Assembly: GCA_965644315.1 (NCBI GenBank)
Contig: CBFFRQ010000030.1
Location: 434,001-498,000, forward strand
DNA length: 64,000 nucleotides
Source of the DNA: Caecitellus pseudoparvulus
Taxonomy: Eukaryota; Protista; Bigyra: Bicosoecida
Direction of reading: 5' to 3'
In this document: positions 10,574-23,284 of the stretch, piece after piece
How positions within the stretch are numbered: position 1 is the first letter of the stretch
Layout: the number at the start of each line of letters is the position of its first letter
Program-made: the position numbers and the translations under genes
The notes under the pieces: generated by a model
Database searches by the model: none
Told to the model about the DNA's origin: nothing
What the model saw: the letters and a program-made list of their open reading frames with translations, nothing else

Positions 10574-13500
10574 ATGGCCTTGGAAGCAGCCGAGCAGGTG
10601 GACCTGCGTTTCTTCCAGCGAGGAAATAAGGTCTGGGTTCGGAATCCGTACAAACCAGGCGATGAGCGGTGTGTTGCAGCTCGATGCGGTGGCGGCTCCG
10701 AGATCGTGCAAGGTGCACCACGCCGCCGCGACGCTCCCACACAGGTACCGCGCTGAGTGGATGCCCGCGAAGCTGTCAGGCAAGCCTGTGCGTATGCAAT
10801 TGGGGTCTGCAGTTAGTGCCGCCCAGTGCACCCCGTTTCCACTTCGCACTTGCGCAGCTGTGGGTGCCAGGTGAAGTCTTGACGGTGTCGGCTGGCGATG
10901 GTGCCCCAGAGATCAGCGTGCAGACTTCGCTGCCCCCACGAGTACCCCTGATTGTACCAGCTAGAGAAGTTCTCCCCATGAACCAGGTGCGTGTCCTCAC
11001 AGCGCCCCCAGGCGGCGCGGAGATGCTCCTGGTGCACTGCTGGGTGGGGTGAATTTCCGCACACGCACCATCATTGAGTTCGAGGCCTCTGCAAGGCCCA
11101 TGGGCTGGTGCAGACGGGTCAGGCTTGCCAAACCTACTCTCTGCTTTTGGTGCTCTGCGCATCCCCCGCCCCTGGTGGCGGGTAACGCCGTGCCCGACTT
11201 GCGCCCACCAAAGCGGCAAGCGCTGCAAGCTGCAACCTGGCACCGCCAGTCGTCCGCACACGCACACGCCCCGCCTGCCCCCATGACCCGCGCAGATCAC
11301 GGGACTGGATCAGATGTCCGAGTTTTCCCACCTGCACGACGCGGCAGTGCTGTACAATGTTCAGAGGCGGTACTTGGAGGAGCGCCCGTACACGCAGGCT
11401 GGCTCCCTGTTGCTTGCTGTGAACCCACACCGCGTCATCACAGACCGGGATGGCATTTCCATCTACGACCCGATCTACATGCACCGTTACCGCATGCGCA
11501 TGCCAGAGAAGTTCAAGGCCGCCATGCCCACTGCGGGCAAGGCCGCCGTCACGCTGCCCCCGCACATCTACGATACGGTGGAGGGCGCCATTGACTCCCT
11601 GCGCTCCAACGTGCTGCCTCAGGCCCTGGTGCTGTCTGGCGAAAGCGGCTCGGGCAAGAGTGAAACTGCCAAGTTGGTGTCGGCCTACCTCATGCACTCC
11701 TCTGTCGCGTCGCGCGTGGCGCTGGAGCAGCGGCAGGAGGCTGCTGAGGCAGCTGCTCGCGGGGAGGAGGTGCGGGGCGCAGCTGAGAGCGAAGCGGCCT
11801 CCCGTGGCATGCTGTCGCCGACGCGCACGACATCAGCACGCCTGCGCCTGCGCCAGGGCGACCTGGTCGCAGCGCGACGCGATGCAGCGTCTCGCCGCGG
11901 CGCCATCGGCGGTCCTCGCAACGCGCCCTACCACAAGGACCTGGGACCCGTCGAGCTGCGAGCTCTGGCGGGCGAGGCGGTGATTGAGGCGTTTTCATCG
12001 GCAGGCACCCATGCCAATGCTAACGCCAGCCGAGCTATTCGTGTCACGAAGTACCACTTCCACCCGAACGGCACCCTGGTGGCTGCCGCTCACACAGTGT
12101 TCCTCACTGATGTGGCCCGCGTTACACAGGTGCCTTTCGTGCCTGGAGCGGACTGGCGGGCAGGCGTGTCGGGTGGAGGCTTCAAGGGCTTCGCACCGCA
12201 CACAAACTTCCACGTCTTCTACTACCTCTTGGCGGGTGCCCCCACCGACCTCAGGTCGTCCCTGCGGTTTGGGAACGGCGACGCATCAGCGGGGGTGCAG
12301 GTGGCCGATGCGCCCATCGGGTACCGCTACCTGCGCCCCGTGGCGCCAGACGATGACGCCAACGCCCAGCAGCGGACGCTGGCTTCAGGCGGTGCTTCGC
12401 AGACTGACATTGACCGCATCACGGGGCAGGGTGTGGCGACGCTGTCCAGTGATCACGCCTTTGGCTTTACGGCGCTTGTGCACCACCTGTCCAAGGCCGG
12501 CATCGAGGGCGAGGCTCAGAGCAACCTGTGGCACGTCCTGGCTGGCATTCTGCACCTGGGCAACATCACCTTCACCCTGGATGCCGGGGAAGGCGGAGGC
12601 GTGACGGCGAACATTCAGGCTGTGGAGCGCGCCGCGTCTGTGCTGGGCGTCACGCGGGAGGAGCTGATGGCCGAGGTGACCAGTCGGCCCACAGGTGCGG
12701 CAGGCACCTCCCGCGTCCGCATCAAGACCATCGCGGAAGCCATGGCCAACGTGGACAACACCGCCCGCCGCCTGTACACGCGCCTGTTCAACTGGCTTGT
12801 CGCTCAAATCAACGCTGCGGCTATTGGCTCGGCAGGGGAGGCCTGGCAGGTGGCAGCTGAGGCAGTGCCGGAGCTGGACCTGGCGGCGGGCGGGCTGGGA
12901 GCGGCCATGCTGGCGCCAGAGGCAGGCGCACCGAAGGAGCCCCTGTACGTGGCTGTGTACGACACGCCGGGCTTTGAGATGCTGCCCAAGGGCGGCGTGG
13001 AGGGCGGCTCCCACCATGGGCTGGCGGAGCTGTTCGGGAACCACATCGCAGAGCGCCTGCACGCCGAGTTCGTGGACCGCATGTTCAAGGCGGAGCAGCG
13101 CGTGTACGAGTCGGAGCGAATTGACGGGCGCCACATCCAGTACAGCGAGAACAAGGACGTGCTGGCGTGCCTGGAGAACCCCCGCACTGGGCTGCTGATG
13201 ATGCTGGAGGAGCAGAGCGCTCACCGGCGCGCCACGGACGCCTCCCTGCTGCACAAGCTGCACACGATGCAAAAGCGCAACCCCGCGTATGCAAAGCCGC
13301 CCAACCGCGTGGTGGCGCAGACATTTTTCGCCCTGCGCCACACGGCTGCCGCGGTCACGTACAGCATCGACGGCACGCTGAATGTGAACCGAGTGCAGGT
13401 GCAGGACAGCATTTGCGCGGCACTTGCCTCGTCCTCCTTCCGCCCCCTGGTGGCCCTGCTTGGCTCCACCTCCTCCGTCACGGCACTGCTGGGGAAGGAG

Positions 13501-16500
13501 GGGGGCGAGGGTGCCGCCGCCCCCAGCGCTGAAGGCGGACCAAGCGCATCCCCTGGCTCCGTCGCGTCGCCTGCTCGGGCAGGTGGCCGGCGTGGCGGCG
13601 CCCTGGGCGCCGCTGCCGTGGACAAGTTCTGGGGCAGCGCCTTCTCCCAGACGCTGGATACGCTGCTGGCTGCTCTGCGTGGCTGTGAGGTGCACTTTGT
13701 CTTCTGCCTGCGCCCCAACGTGCTCAGCGCGCCGAACTATGTCGAGCCGGCGCTGCTGCACCACCAGATGGTGTACGGCAACGTCATGCACGCGGTGGCG
13801 CTGCGGCACTCTGGCTTCTCCTACCGCACCATCTTCGAAGACTTCTACGCCCGCTTCATCATCATCGCCCAGCAAAGCGGAAACCTGGTGTACCCGCCGC
13901 CGCCCCATGCCAACATGCGCGCTCTGTGCAAGGAGTTGCTGCAGCAGCTGGTGACACACCCAGTGTTCGAGGCGGTGGATGTCGCTCGTTCGGCGCAGCT
14001 GGGCGTGACGAAGATCTTCCTGCGCAAGCACATGATCGACACGCTGAATGCGCTGCGAGAGGTGCGCATGAAGGCGATGGACCGCATGGCCACCAAGGCG
14101 CAGGCCATGTGGAAGGGCGCACACACGCGCCTGCGCCTGCGGCAGATGTGGGCGGGCATGGAGGAGCTGCAGGTGACGTGGCGGGCACACATGCACCGGG
14201 CAGCGTGGCTGCGGCGGCTGTGGGCTGCACGGCGCATCCAGCACGCGGTGCGTGGCTGGCGCGCCACGCGCCGCTGGGACGTCATTCGTTCAAACATCAA
14301 GAAGCTGCAGGGGTGGTACAAGAGCGGTGCCACCCGGCGGCGCTTCAAACGCACGCAGAACAGCCTGCGCCTGCTGCACACCCTGGCCCGGGGGTACATC
14401 GTGCGCCAGCATGTCCTGGCCATGTTGGAGAACGTCGTGAAGCTGCAGACGGTGGCCCGGGACTTCCTCGTGCGCAATGCCAACTACCACCGCAAGGCTC
14501 GCGCTGCAGCCCGCATCCAGGCCGCGTGGCGAGGCTTCACCTGGCGGTGGAAGGCGGAAGACGTGCTGGAGTACTTGGCCCTGCGCCGCATGGATCGGCA
14601 CATGGACAAGGCTGCCGCCAAGCTGCAGGCATTCTGGCGGGGCCTCCTTGTGTGGCGCCGGTTCAACCAGATCCGCAACGCCGCCACCACCATCCAGCGG
14701 TACTGGAGGTCGCGCCGGGAACGGGACATCTTCCTGCGCCTGCAGTCCGCCGTGCGAGCCGCCCAGGCCTTCGCTCGAGCGTACCTGCAGCACCGGCGGC
14801 AGCAGCGGGAGGCCAACTTGCGTGGGCTGGCGGATGAGCTGTGGCGCCTGCAGGCTCTGCGGGAGCGGGAGGCACAGGACCTCGTGGAAGCGCATGGCGT
14901 GGAAGCCGTGTGCGGCGTCAGCTCCATGCGGGCGCTGGTGCAGCAAGGCACGCGCGGCACACACATCCTGGGGTCGCTGCTGGATGTGGACTGTGCCCTG
15001 GACGTGTCGGACATTTACTCGACGGGATTTGTCCGCATGTACGACGAGCTGGTGACGAGTCTGACGGATGCGGGGCACCGCGTGGCAGGCATTGCAGTGG
15101 GCGGCACCCACGTCATGGTGCTGACAGACCACGGCGTCGTGTACTCATGGGGGTTTGCAGACAGGGGGCAGTGTGGGCACAGCGACTGGGAGCCGAGCTG
15201 GTCTCCCCGCCGTGTGGAGACACTGGCCACTGGCGCCCAGCCTGAGTATGTCTTGCAGGCGCTGGAAGTGGGGTACCGAGCGGCCAAGGCGGCGGCTGTG
15301 CGGTCCAAGGCTCGCATCTCGGAGGGAGGGGACGCCGCCTTTGAGTCTGTGCGCACAGATGGGGGCGGCAAGGCGGGGGACCGCCCCCCACGTGCCCTGG
15401 CGTCCGCCTCAGCGTACGCTGGTCTGCTGGGCAGCAGCAGCGTGACGACGCCGCTGGGCTTGCTGGGTGTGTCTGGCGGCGTCCCCGAGCCGGGCATGTC
15501 CACCCCCTTCACCCTGGGCGGCGTCAAGCGCGCCCTGAAGAATGGCATCGCCATCCGACAGATCGCAGCAGGCGAGGAGCACTCACTGGCCCTGTCCACG
15601 TCAGGCGCCGTCTTTGCCTGGGGTGAGGGGCGCCGGGGCCAGCTGGGTCTGGGCGGCAAGGTGCCTGTGAACACGCCCACTCCCGTCGCTGCCCTCGCCC
15701 GCAAGGTGTCCTCCATCACCGCAGGCTCCAACCACTCCGCCGCCCTGCTGTCCACCGGCACCGTCATGGTGTGGGGCGCGGGGCCCGCGCTGGGCATCTG
15801 GTCCCAGCCAGGGGTGGAGGGGGCTGCCGCCCGGCGCGGCAGCACGGGGCGGGGCAGCCCTGGGCGGGGCGGGGAGGCGTCTGGCCCGGATCTGACCTTC
15901 ATGCGGCCGTGGCTGGCTGCGCCGCCCACCAGCTCGGCAGAGTGGGCTGAGCTGCTCGCCACGCTGCCCGACATGCCCGTGCCGCAACCCGTGCGGGGCC
16001 TGCGCTTCGACCGGGACCGTGTGCGGCACTTGGAAGCAGGCGGCTCTGTGACGGCGGCCACCACTGCCGAGGGCCGTGTGTACACCTGGGGTGTGTCCAA
16101 GGTGGGTGCGCTGGGACACGGGGACACGGACCCACGCCTTGTCCCGACGCTGGTGCGGGCACTGCTGCCCCCAGCGCCCAGCCGCAGCGCCAGCCCGCCC
16201 AAGGCACCGGTGGAAACAGGCGCCAGCATCAGCGAAGGCAAGGCGGACCCGGCTGGCACACAGGATGCACTGCCATCCACACCTGGCAGGAAGGGTGCAG
16301 ATGGCGAGGGGGGGCGAGGCGGCAGCCCCGGCAGTCCCAGCCGTGCTAAGGCGGCCCACTTCCGCATCAACATGACGGCTGTGGGGGGCTCGCACTGCGT
16401 GGCGGTGGCAGCCACAGGCAAGGTGTACGTGTGGGGCGCCAACGGCAGCGGGCAGCTGGGCCTGGGCGACACGGCCCCTCAGCTGCTGCCGACACCCCTG

Positions 16501-19500
16501 ACCACGCTGCGTCTGCGGCGTGTGCTGCAGGCCGTCGCAGGCACGCGCAGCACGCACGTGTTGACAGACTTGAATGAGGTGCTGGCGTGGGGTGCAGCTG
16601 GCAGCCTGCGCAGCCCCATCGCAAGCACAGCGTGGAGTGAGGATGCAGTGGAGGATGCCGAGGAGGGCCCAGGCACGCCTCGCCGGGACCCCAAGCGCAA
16701 GAACACGGGGGACGTCGTGAACACGGTGTTCCGGAGCCTGGTCCCGCTGGAGGTGCCCTTCCACGACGTCCCCAGCCGCGTCCCCAAGCGCCTCCTCGTC
16801 GGCCACAGCCGCTCCATGGGCGTCGTGGGCATCGTGTACAGCCAGAGCCCGCTGTCTGATGGCCAGGCGCACTCTGTGCTGTTTGGCCTGCACAAGTCCT
16901 CCGCCACACCGGCAGACCCTCTGCAGCTGTCCCTGACGGCGGCGCAGGCCTCCGCTGCCCACGAGGCGGAGCTCATCCACTCCGCTGCGACCGGCGCCGT
17001 GGACGCTGCAGAGCTGCTCGCGACAGCGTCTCGCTCCACGCGGCGCCTCAGGCAGGCTGCGCGCCTGGTAGCGGAGGCGGAGAGCCGCAGCTCCTCCCCT
17101 GGCAAGGACGACGCGTCGGTGGCCACGGCTGGCAAGAGCAGTGTGGGCGGCGGCGGGCTGACGTACGGCGAGACCAGCATGATCACACCGGGCCTGGTGA
17201 GCATGGACGCCCGTCAAGACCTGCTGGCTGCCATCGAGGCAGAGGAGCTGGAGCGCCTTCAGGTCGTGGAGGCGCGCGCACTGGGCAGGCCCCACGCTGC
17301 CACGGACCAGCACCCCGAGCTGGTGCCCTCAAGCGGAGACGTCCTGCGGAACGGGCACATCCGATCGGTGCTGGACGACTCTGTGGGCCCGCCTGTCTCG
17401 GCACACCAACTGCGGTCATTGCTGCCTCACATGAGTCCCCGAGTGGCGGCCGCTCTGTTGGGCGGCCTCACTCCTGCCCGGGTGGGAAAGATCACAAATC
17501 CCCAGCTGTATGTGCTGGTGATGCGGCTGAAGTCCCACTTGGACACCGTCGGCGCTGCGCCCGCCACTGGCAAGTTGCCTGTGGCAGCAGGCAGGGCCTC
17601 TATCGTCGGGTGGGGTGTCTCCTCCACCCCTGGCGTGTCGGTCGTGTCGGGGCAGGCCGACAACGGCAAGCCCAAGCTCGCCATCGTCGAGCGCAAGCGG
17701 CGCAAGTACCGCTCCATCCTGGCTGCGCTGGAGCACACGTCCGCGACGTCCAAGGCGTCGGCCCAGGTCGCTGAGCGAGCCAGCGCCAAGGGCGTCGACC
17801 CTCGAGCCGCGACGTACTCCGCCAACGCCAGGCGCCGCGCCCAGCTGCGCAGCAAGGCCCCTGGCGTGGACCCGGATGCCGGCTCCTCCAAGACCACCCT
17901 GGCCGCCTTCTCCCACGCCCGGTCTGGCCCCGCCTTGGGCCCACGCAGCAGCCCTGGCACCATGACCCCCGAGGACATCCGGCGGTCCCAGGAGGCAGGC
18001 TGGACAGCCAACTTCGCCGCTTCAGCTGCGCGCAAGGGGGCCAGGGACGGCATCGCCTCACCAGGGCAGCTGCATTCCCGCGGCACGGGGACGTATGTGG
18101 GTGCCCGTGGCGGCGCCCCAGCCAGCCCCAACCGCCCCGTGCGAGGCAAGATGCAGAGCGGCGCCGGTTTGCCAGCTGGCCAGGCTGTGGACATGGGCAC
18201 CTCTTCCGGCCGTGCAGGCCTTCGGGCCTTCCACCACGCGAAGGAAGCCGAGTCGGGCGAGCTGACCAATGTCGCCGCAGCTCTGGCTGTCGCGACAGGG
18301 GGTGACTCCCTGGCATCGCAGGAGGCAGGCGCAGCCTCTCCCCGCCGCACGCCGTCCCCTGGCCGGCGCGTCGATCGCTCGCGCCGTGCCGTGCGTGGCT
18401 CCATGCCCAACCTGGCCCCCATGACGTTCAAGGGGTATGAGCTGTCCCCTGAGGGGCCCAGCGACCGGCCCGCCTCCCCCCCTCGGGGGGCGCGCATGGG
18501 CTCCAAGCCCCGCCCAGTGGTGCCAGAGGCAGAGGCAGCGGCTGCCAAGGCAGCTGCGGAAGCGGAAGCTGCCGCCAAGGCTGAGGCGGCAGCGGCAGCG
18601 CGCCTGGCTCGGGAGGGGCGAGTGCAGCGCCGTGCAAGCTCCGGCGCCAGTGCCCTGCACGCGCTGTTCTCTCCCGCCCACCTTGTGGCCACGTCTAACG
18701 ACGACATGGAGTACCAGGACGTCGTCGCGGCGTACCACAAGCGGGCGGCACAGGCTTCAGCCGCCAAGGCCCACGCCGCCACTGCGCGCACCTCCCCCGG
18801 CCGCACGCCCAAGCGCAGCTTCGGCGATGATGCCACCCGCACAGCCCGCAGGTTGGATCGCATGATGGCCATGGGCGCAGGAGGCGGTGCTGCGCCTGCG
18901 CCTGCGGCGGAGGGTGACTCCCCTGGGGCGTCCCCTGCAGCCACATCGCCGGCTGGGGCAGGGGGTGACGCCGGCCACCTCTCCAGTGGCCGCGTCGTGA
19001 ACCGGCGTGCCTCAGAGGTGCGGGCCGCCTTCCCTCGAGCCATGGGGCACCAGTCTGCAGCCGATGCAGCGTCCCCTGGTTCAGGGGGCATGTCTGCACC
19101 CTCCTTCACATCTCCGCCCTCCAAGCCGGACCTGGGCGGCGGTGGCCGCGTGACGGTGCGCGGGTTGGTCAGTGGGACGGCCCCGCCCCAGGGCAAGACG
19201 CCCAGCCCCGGTGCCCAGCGAGGCACGCCAGGGCGCCAGCCACCCCCCACGCCCGACGCTGGGGTGGACGCGCCGTCCTTGGAGCCACGCCCCGCTGGCC
19301 CGGCAGCAGAGGCGGCGGCGGCTGCCCGAGCTGCGACGTCCCGAGCCTTGGCTGAGGCCGATGCCCAGGCAGGCGAGAGCCCCTCCAGCTCTGCGCCAGC
19401 CGCACCAGGCAAGGCACAGGCCAGTGTGGAGGACATCAAGGGCGCTGCCGCTGCGGAGGCGGCTGCGTTGTGGGAGGCGGGTGAGTCCAAGGGACCTGCC

Positions 19501-19548
19501 TCGCCCCTTCCCAGCCTGAACCAGCTGCTGGCGGGGCAGCGGCAGTGA
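10574..19548 (+). CDS. Unconventional myosin: SH3-like N-terminus, motor domain, multiple IQ motifs, RCC1 repeats, low-complexity tail
   Basis: Exons 10574-10668, 10745-10787, 10858-10986, 11296-19548, all GT-AG and phase-compatible. Motifs LLLAVNPH, PPHIY, P-loop GESGSGKSE, NFHVFYYLLAG, DTPGFE, FVFCLRPN, GVTKIFLR; IQ motifs (IQAAWRG, LQAFWRG, IQRYWRS); RCC1 repeats (IAAGEEHSLAL, VYVWGANGSGQLGLGD). Confidence 0.92.
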
Positions 19549-19744
19549 GCCAAGGAGAGCGGCATGTGGCAATGCACGGCGACCAGGCACCAGGTGGGGG
19601 TGTCACTGCCTTGGGCTGCTGCTGCGCGCAGGCAAGGCAGTGTCAACTGACGCACACAACCCTCCCTCCGACACAAGCTTGCAAAAGCCCTCCTCAAGCT
19701 GCTGCATTGCTTCTCACGCCACTAGACTCCTACCTCACCCCACG

Positions 19745-21784
19745 ATGGCTGCAGCAGAACGTGCGTGCTGCGCCTGCACACCCCCCCCCCTGCCGTGCCT
19801 CAATTCCACGACCACTTGCCTCCTCGCACAGCCAGCAGCGGGGCTGCGTCAGACCTGTTCAAGCACAAGGCACACCTGCAACGTGCGCTGCATCTGGCCC
19901 CTGGGGATTCAGTGGAAGCGTACAAGACGCCTCAGTTCCTGAAAGCCCAGGAGCCAGGGGTGGTCGTGCCGTGGAATGAGCTCGTCGAGTGAGTGCCGCT
20001 CACGCACTAATTCCGCACCGGCACCAAGTTTGCGCTGTGAAGCACGCGTCGGCACCCACATGCACGTGCACTTCCGTGTTCCCCCCTTTCACAACAGCAA
20101 TGAAGAGATTATCAAGGCCTGCGTGGACTTTGGCTGGCCTGCGCCCAAGCCTGTGCAGGCTGGCGTGCTGCCGCTCATGACACACCCCTCTCGCCCGTGC
20201 TTGATGGTGAAGGCGTTTACAGGCAGCGGCAAGACTGGCTGCTTCGGCTTGGGCGCATTGAGCACAGTGGACCCCGCTGTAGCCAAGGTGCAGGCCGTCA
20301 TCCTGTCCCCCACGCGCATCCTTGCGGACCAGATCCACTCCGTGGTGGAAGGCCTGACGGGCGCCACAGGCATCACCGTCGGCCTGTGCCACGCTGACAC
20401 GAAATCGGAGGACATGGCGGCCCTGCCCACAAAGCACATCATTGTGGCCACGCCAGGCAAGTTAAAGAACGCAGCTACCAGTCGAAAGGCCCCCATGGAC
20501 CTCTCCTCTGTGCGCCTGCTTGTGCTGGACGAGGCGGATGACATCAGCTCCGGGAACTCGTTCCAGGATGTGGGCGTGCTGCGGAGCAAAATGCCCATAG
20601 ACGCGCAGGTGGTGCTGTTCGGCGCCTCCTTCGCGACGCTGGAAGACCCCAGCCACGAAGCTACCATGGCTGCCATCATCAAGACCTTGTTCAGTGGCTT
20701 GACCTCCCTCAAGGTGACCCTGGGCAACCCAGCCTGGGACGCACTCATCCACGAGGTAGACTTCAGCCCCCCCGGCACGACCACCGGCAAGCGCAAGTTC
20801 TGCAAGAAGTCCGAGCCTGCCTCCCGCGTGGAGCGCCTGGGCATGTTCCACTGGCCTGAACCCAGCACACTGACAGCGACGCCGTTGACCATGGTCGACC
20901 GGGTGGCCTTCCTTGCCGCCCTGTTGGAGCGCCTGCCAGACAGCCGGTGCCTGATCTTCGTGGAGAGCTGGCAAGAGGCCCACCAGGTCGCAGCGCTGCT
21001 GTCCGAGGGTGACACCGCCACGGTGCAGGCACAGCTGTCTGCGACCTTCAGCAAGACAGACAAGAGCAAGGGAGCGGCTAGCGTGCCTGAGACGGCCCAG
21101 GTCGCCCTCGCCAACGAACTCAGCATGGCCGTCGTGCACGGGCACATGGCCAGCGCTGCTTCCCGCACCTTCATCCAGCGCCTGCGCAGTGGGGCGGTGA
21201 AGGTGGCTGTGGCCACGAACCAAGTCTCCACCGGCATCGACCTGCCCGACGTGGACATCGTCTTCAACCTGTCCTTCCCCTTGGACGGGGTGGGAGGCGG
21301 CGGGCGCGGGCGCGGACGTGGACGCGGGGGAGGGGGCAGTGCCGCCAGCGCCCCTGCCTCCATGCCCTCCATCAAGATCTTCCAGAACCGCGTCGGGCGC
21401 ACAGCCCGCAACGGCAAGTTTGGCGCGTGTGTCTGCCTGCTGGGGGACAGCAATGATGTGTTCATGTACTCCAAGCTGTGCTCCTACCTGCACTTCGTGC
21501 CCACCTCCTTGGCTCAGAAGCACAAGGAAACGGGCGCTTGGCTCGACGCCGCTGACTCCTCGAAGCGAGCCGCCAAGATGCTGACCAAGTACCTCAAGGG
21601 TGAGCTGTCCTTCCCCCTTACCTCGCCTGACGGCTCTCCCCTGGGCATGCGCACCGGCGCGCAGCCCAGGCCTGCACTGGACGAGCAGTGGATCGCAGAG
21701 CAAGGGGCTGCTCAGCCAGCCTCCACTGCGGCGGCAGGTGCTGCGAGCGGAGACATCCCCACGCCAAAAATGCCTGCCGAGTGA
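19745..21784 (+). CDS. Divergent DEAD-box RNA helicase, Dbp5/DDX19-like
   Basis: Q motif GWPAPKPVQ, motif I AFTGSGKT, Ia SPTRILADQI, Ib TPGKL, II LDEAD, VI NRVGRTAR. Two 5' introns give MAAAEP...PWNELVD-NEEIIK. Confidence 0.85.
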
Positions 21785-21895
21785 GCAAACATCCTGCTTG
21801 GGTCTCATGAAATGCACACGCCTGTTACAGCAACTGGACTTGAGTGGGCCCTGCGAAAGCTCCGCCGCGACGCGATGTGCGGAAACTGGCCCAGC

Positions 21896-23284
21896 ATGGC
21901 CGCACGCGGCGTCATTGCCGCTGTTGTGTGGCTTGCTGTGGCAGTGCACCCCACAGGAGGGCAGAGCTATGTCGACATATCTAGCTGCCAAGGCCCCTGC
22001 CTCCCCATCATCTTCGCACACCCGCACGATGGCACGGAAGTGCCGGCTGGCTGGCCTGCTCGCACGGACGGCTGCATGCTGCCTGGCGCCGCCGACTGCT
22101 CCTGGGGCGACGCGTGTGATGGGCAAAGCCTGGACCCTGCATCTTGCGCCGCCCGCACGAACAGGGACTCCTTCACGCGCCTGGTGGGGGCGTTTGCCGA
22201 GGAGCGCCTGTGGGAGCTGACTGGCGCTCGGCCCATGGTGGTGTCCAACCTCCTCGCTCGCTCTGTGCTGGACGCCAACCGCGCCCTGCCCGAGGCAGCC
22301 CAGGACTGGCCGCCTGCCGTGCAGGCATGGTATAACTACACGGCTGCTGTGGATGCTGCGGTGGCCAACGCCACGGCGGGACCCTGCCGCTCCGCCCTCT
22401 TTCTGGACATGCACGGGCAAGCGCACAGCCACGGCTTGCTGGAGCTGGGCTACGCCCTCAGCTCCTCCCGCCTGGCAGCGTCGGATGAAGACATGGCGGC
22501 TGCGCCTGGCACGTACCAGGACCGCAGCACTGTGCGCGTGGCGGTTTCCCGACTGGGGCCACTGCCTTTTTCGACGCTACTGCGTGACTCCCCGCCCCAC
22601 CCCAACACTTCTGCGTGGGTGTCCATGGGCGGCATGATGCAGGCGCGTGGCGTTGGCACCATCCCCAGCCCGGCCCACCCCGATGCCTCAGGGGGGCTGC
22701 AGTACTTCTCGGGGGGGTACTCCACTCGCCGATGGAGCAGCCTGGATGCGGACCCCCCCTCAACATACCCCGTGGACGCGGTGCAGGTGGAAATCCCCAA
22801 CCCCGTGCGATGGGGCAACACCACCGTGCGTCGGCACTTTGGCAGGGCTCTGGGTGAAGTTGTCCTTGAGTGGATGCAGCGATTCCATGGCGTGCAGCTG
22901 GCAGGCAGTGCCGCCTGCTGGGCCCCTCCGCCTGCGCCTGCCGCCAGCGCCACCAGCACCCCAGCCTCCACACCGCAACCCAGCACGGCCCCGTCGGCAG
23001 CTGCCAGCGCCTCTGCCAGTGTGGCGCCTGGAGGGCAAGGTGCGGGGGGTGGTGGTGCAGCAAGCTCCGGTGGCGGTGGCTCGCCAGCGTTCCCTCCTGA
23101 GGCTGGGTGGGCGATTGGTGCGGTGGGGATGGTGGCAGTTGTTGCATTGGCGGCCTGGGCGGTGCTGAGGTGTCGGCGCAAGGGGCGCCAGCCTGCGACG
23201 AATGACCCAAGCAGTGCGCCTCCGGCCGACGATGTTCAGCTAGTGCAGGTGCAGCGCAACCCAGTGAGCCGCGGGTCGCCATGA
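21896..23284 (+). CDS. Signal-peptide, type I membrane protein with an N-formylglutamate amidohydrolase-like (Zn-exopeptidase fold) ectodomain
   Basis: Hydrophobic N-terminus MAARGVIAAVVWLAVAV; motifs PHDG, DANR, LDMHG, YFSGGYST, DAVQVE; S/T/P/A-rich stalk; TM WAIGAVGMVAVVALAAWAVL followed by RCRRK. Confidence 0.65.
   Translation: MAARGVIAAVVWLAVAVHPTGGQSYVDISSCQGPCLPIIFAHPHDGTEVPAGWPARTDGCMLPGAADCSWGDACDGQSLDPASCAARTNRDSFTRLVGAFAEERLWELTGARPMVVSNLLARSVLDANRALPEAAQDWPPAVQAWYNYTAAVDAAVANATAGPCRSALFLDMHGQAHSHGLLELGYALSSSRLAASDEDMAAAPGTYQDRSTVRVAVSRLGPLPFSTLLRDSPPHPNTSAWVSMGGMMQARGVGTIPSPAHPDASGGLQYFSGGYSTRRWSSLDADPPSTYPVDAVQVEIPNPVRWGNTTVRRHFGRALGEVVLEWMQRFHGVQLAGSAACWAPPPAPAASATSTPASTPQPSTAPSAAASASASVAPGGQGAGGGGAASSGGGGSPAFPPEAGWAIGAVGMVAVVALAAWAVLRCRRKGRQPATNDPSSAPPADDVQLVQVQRNPVSRGSP

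Noticed and set aside
10775-10790. Possible GC-AG intron donor (CAG|GCAAGC) in the myosin 5' region
   Set aside because: A canonical, phase-compatible GTGCGT donor at 10788 explains the splice.
12385-19697. Long antisense ORFs (e.g. 12385-14244, 17427-19697; likewise 20462-22432 and 58460-60388)
   Set aside because: Shadow ORFs expected opposite GC3-rich coding sequence; no protein motifs.
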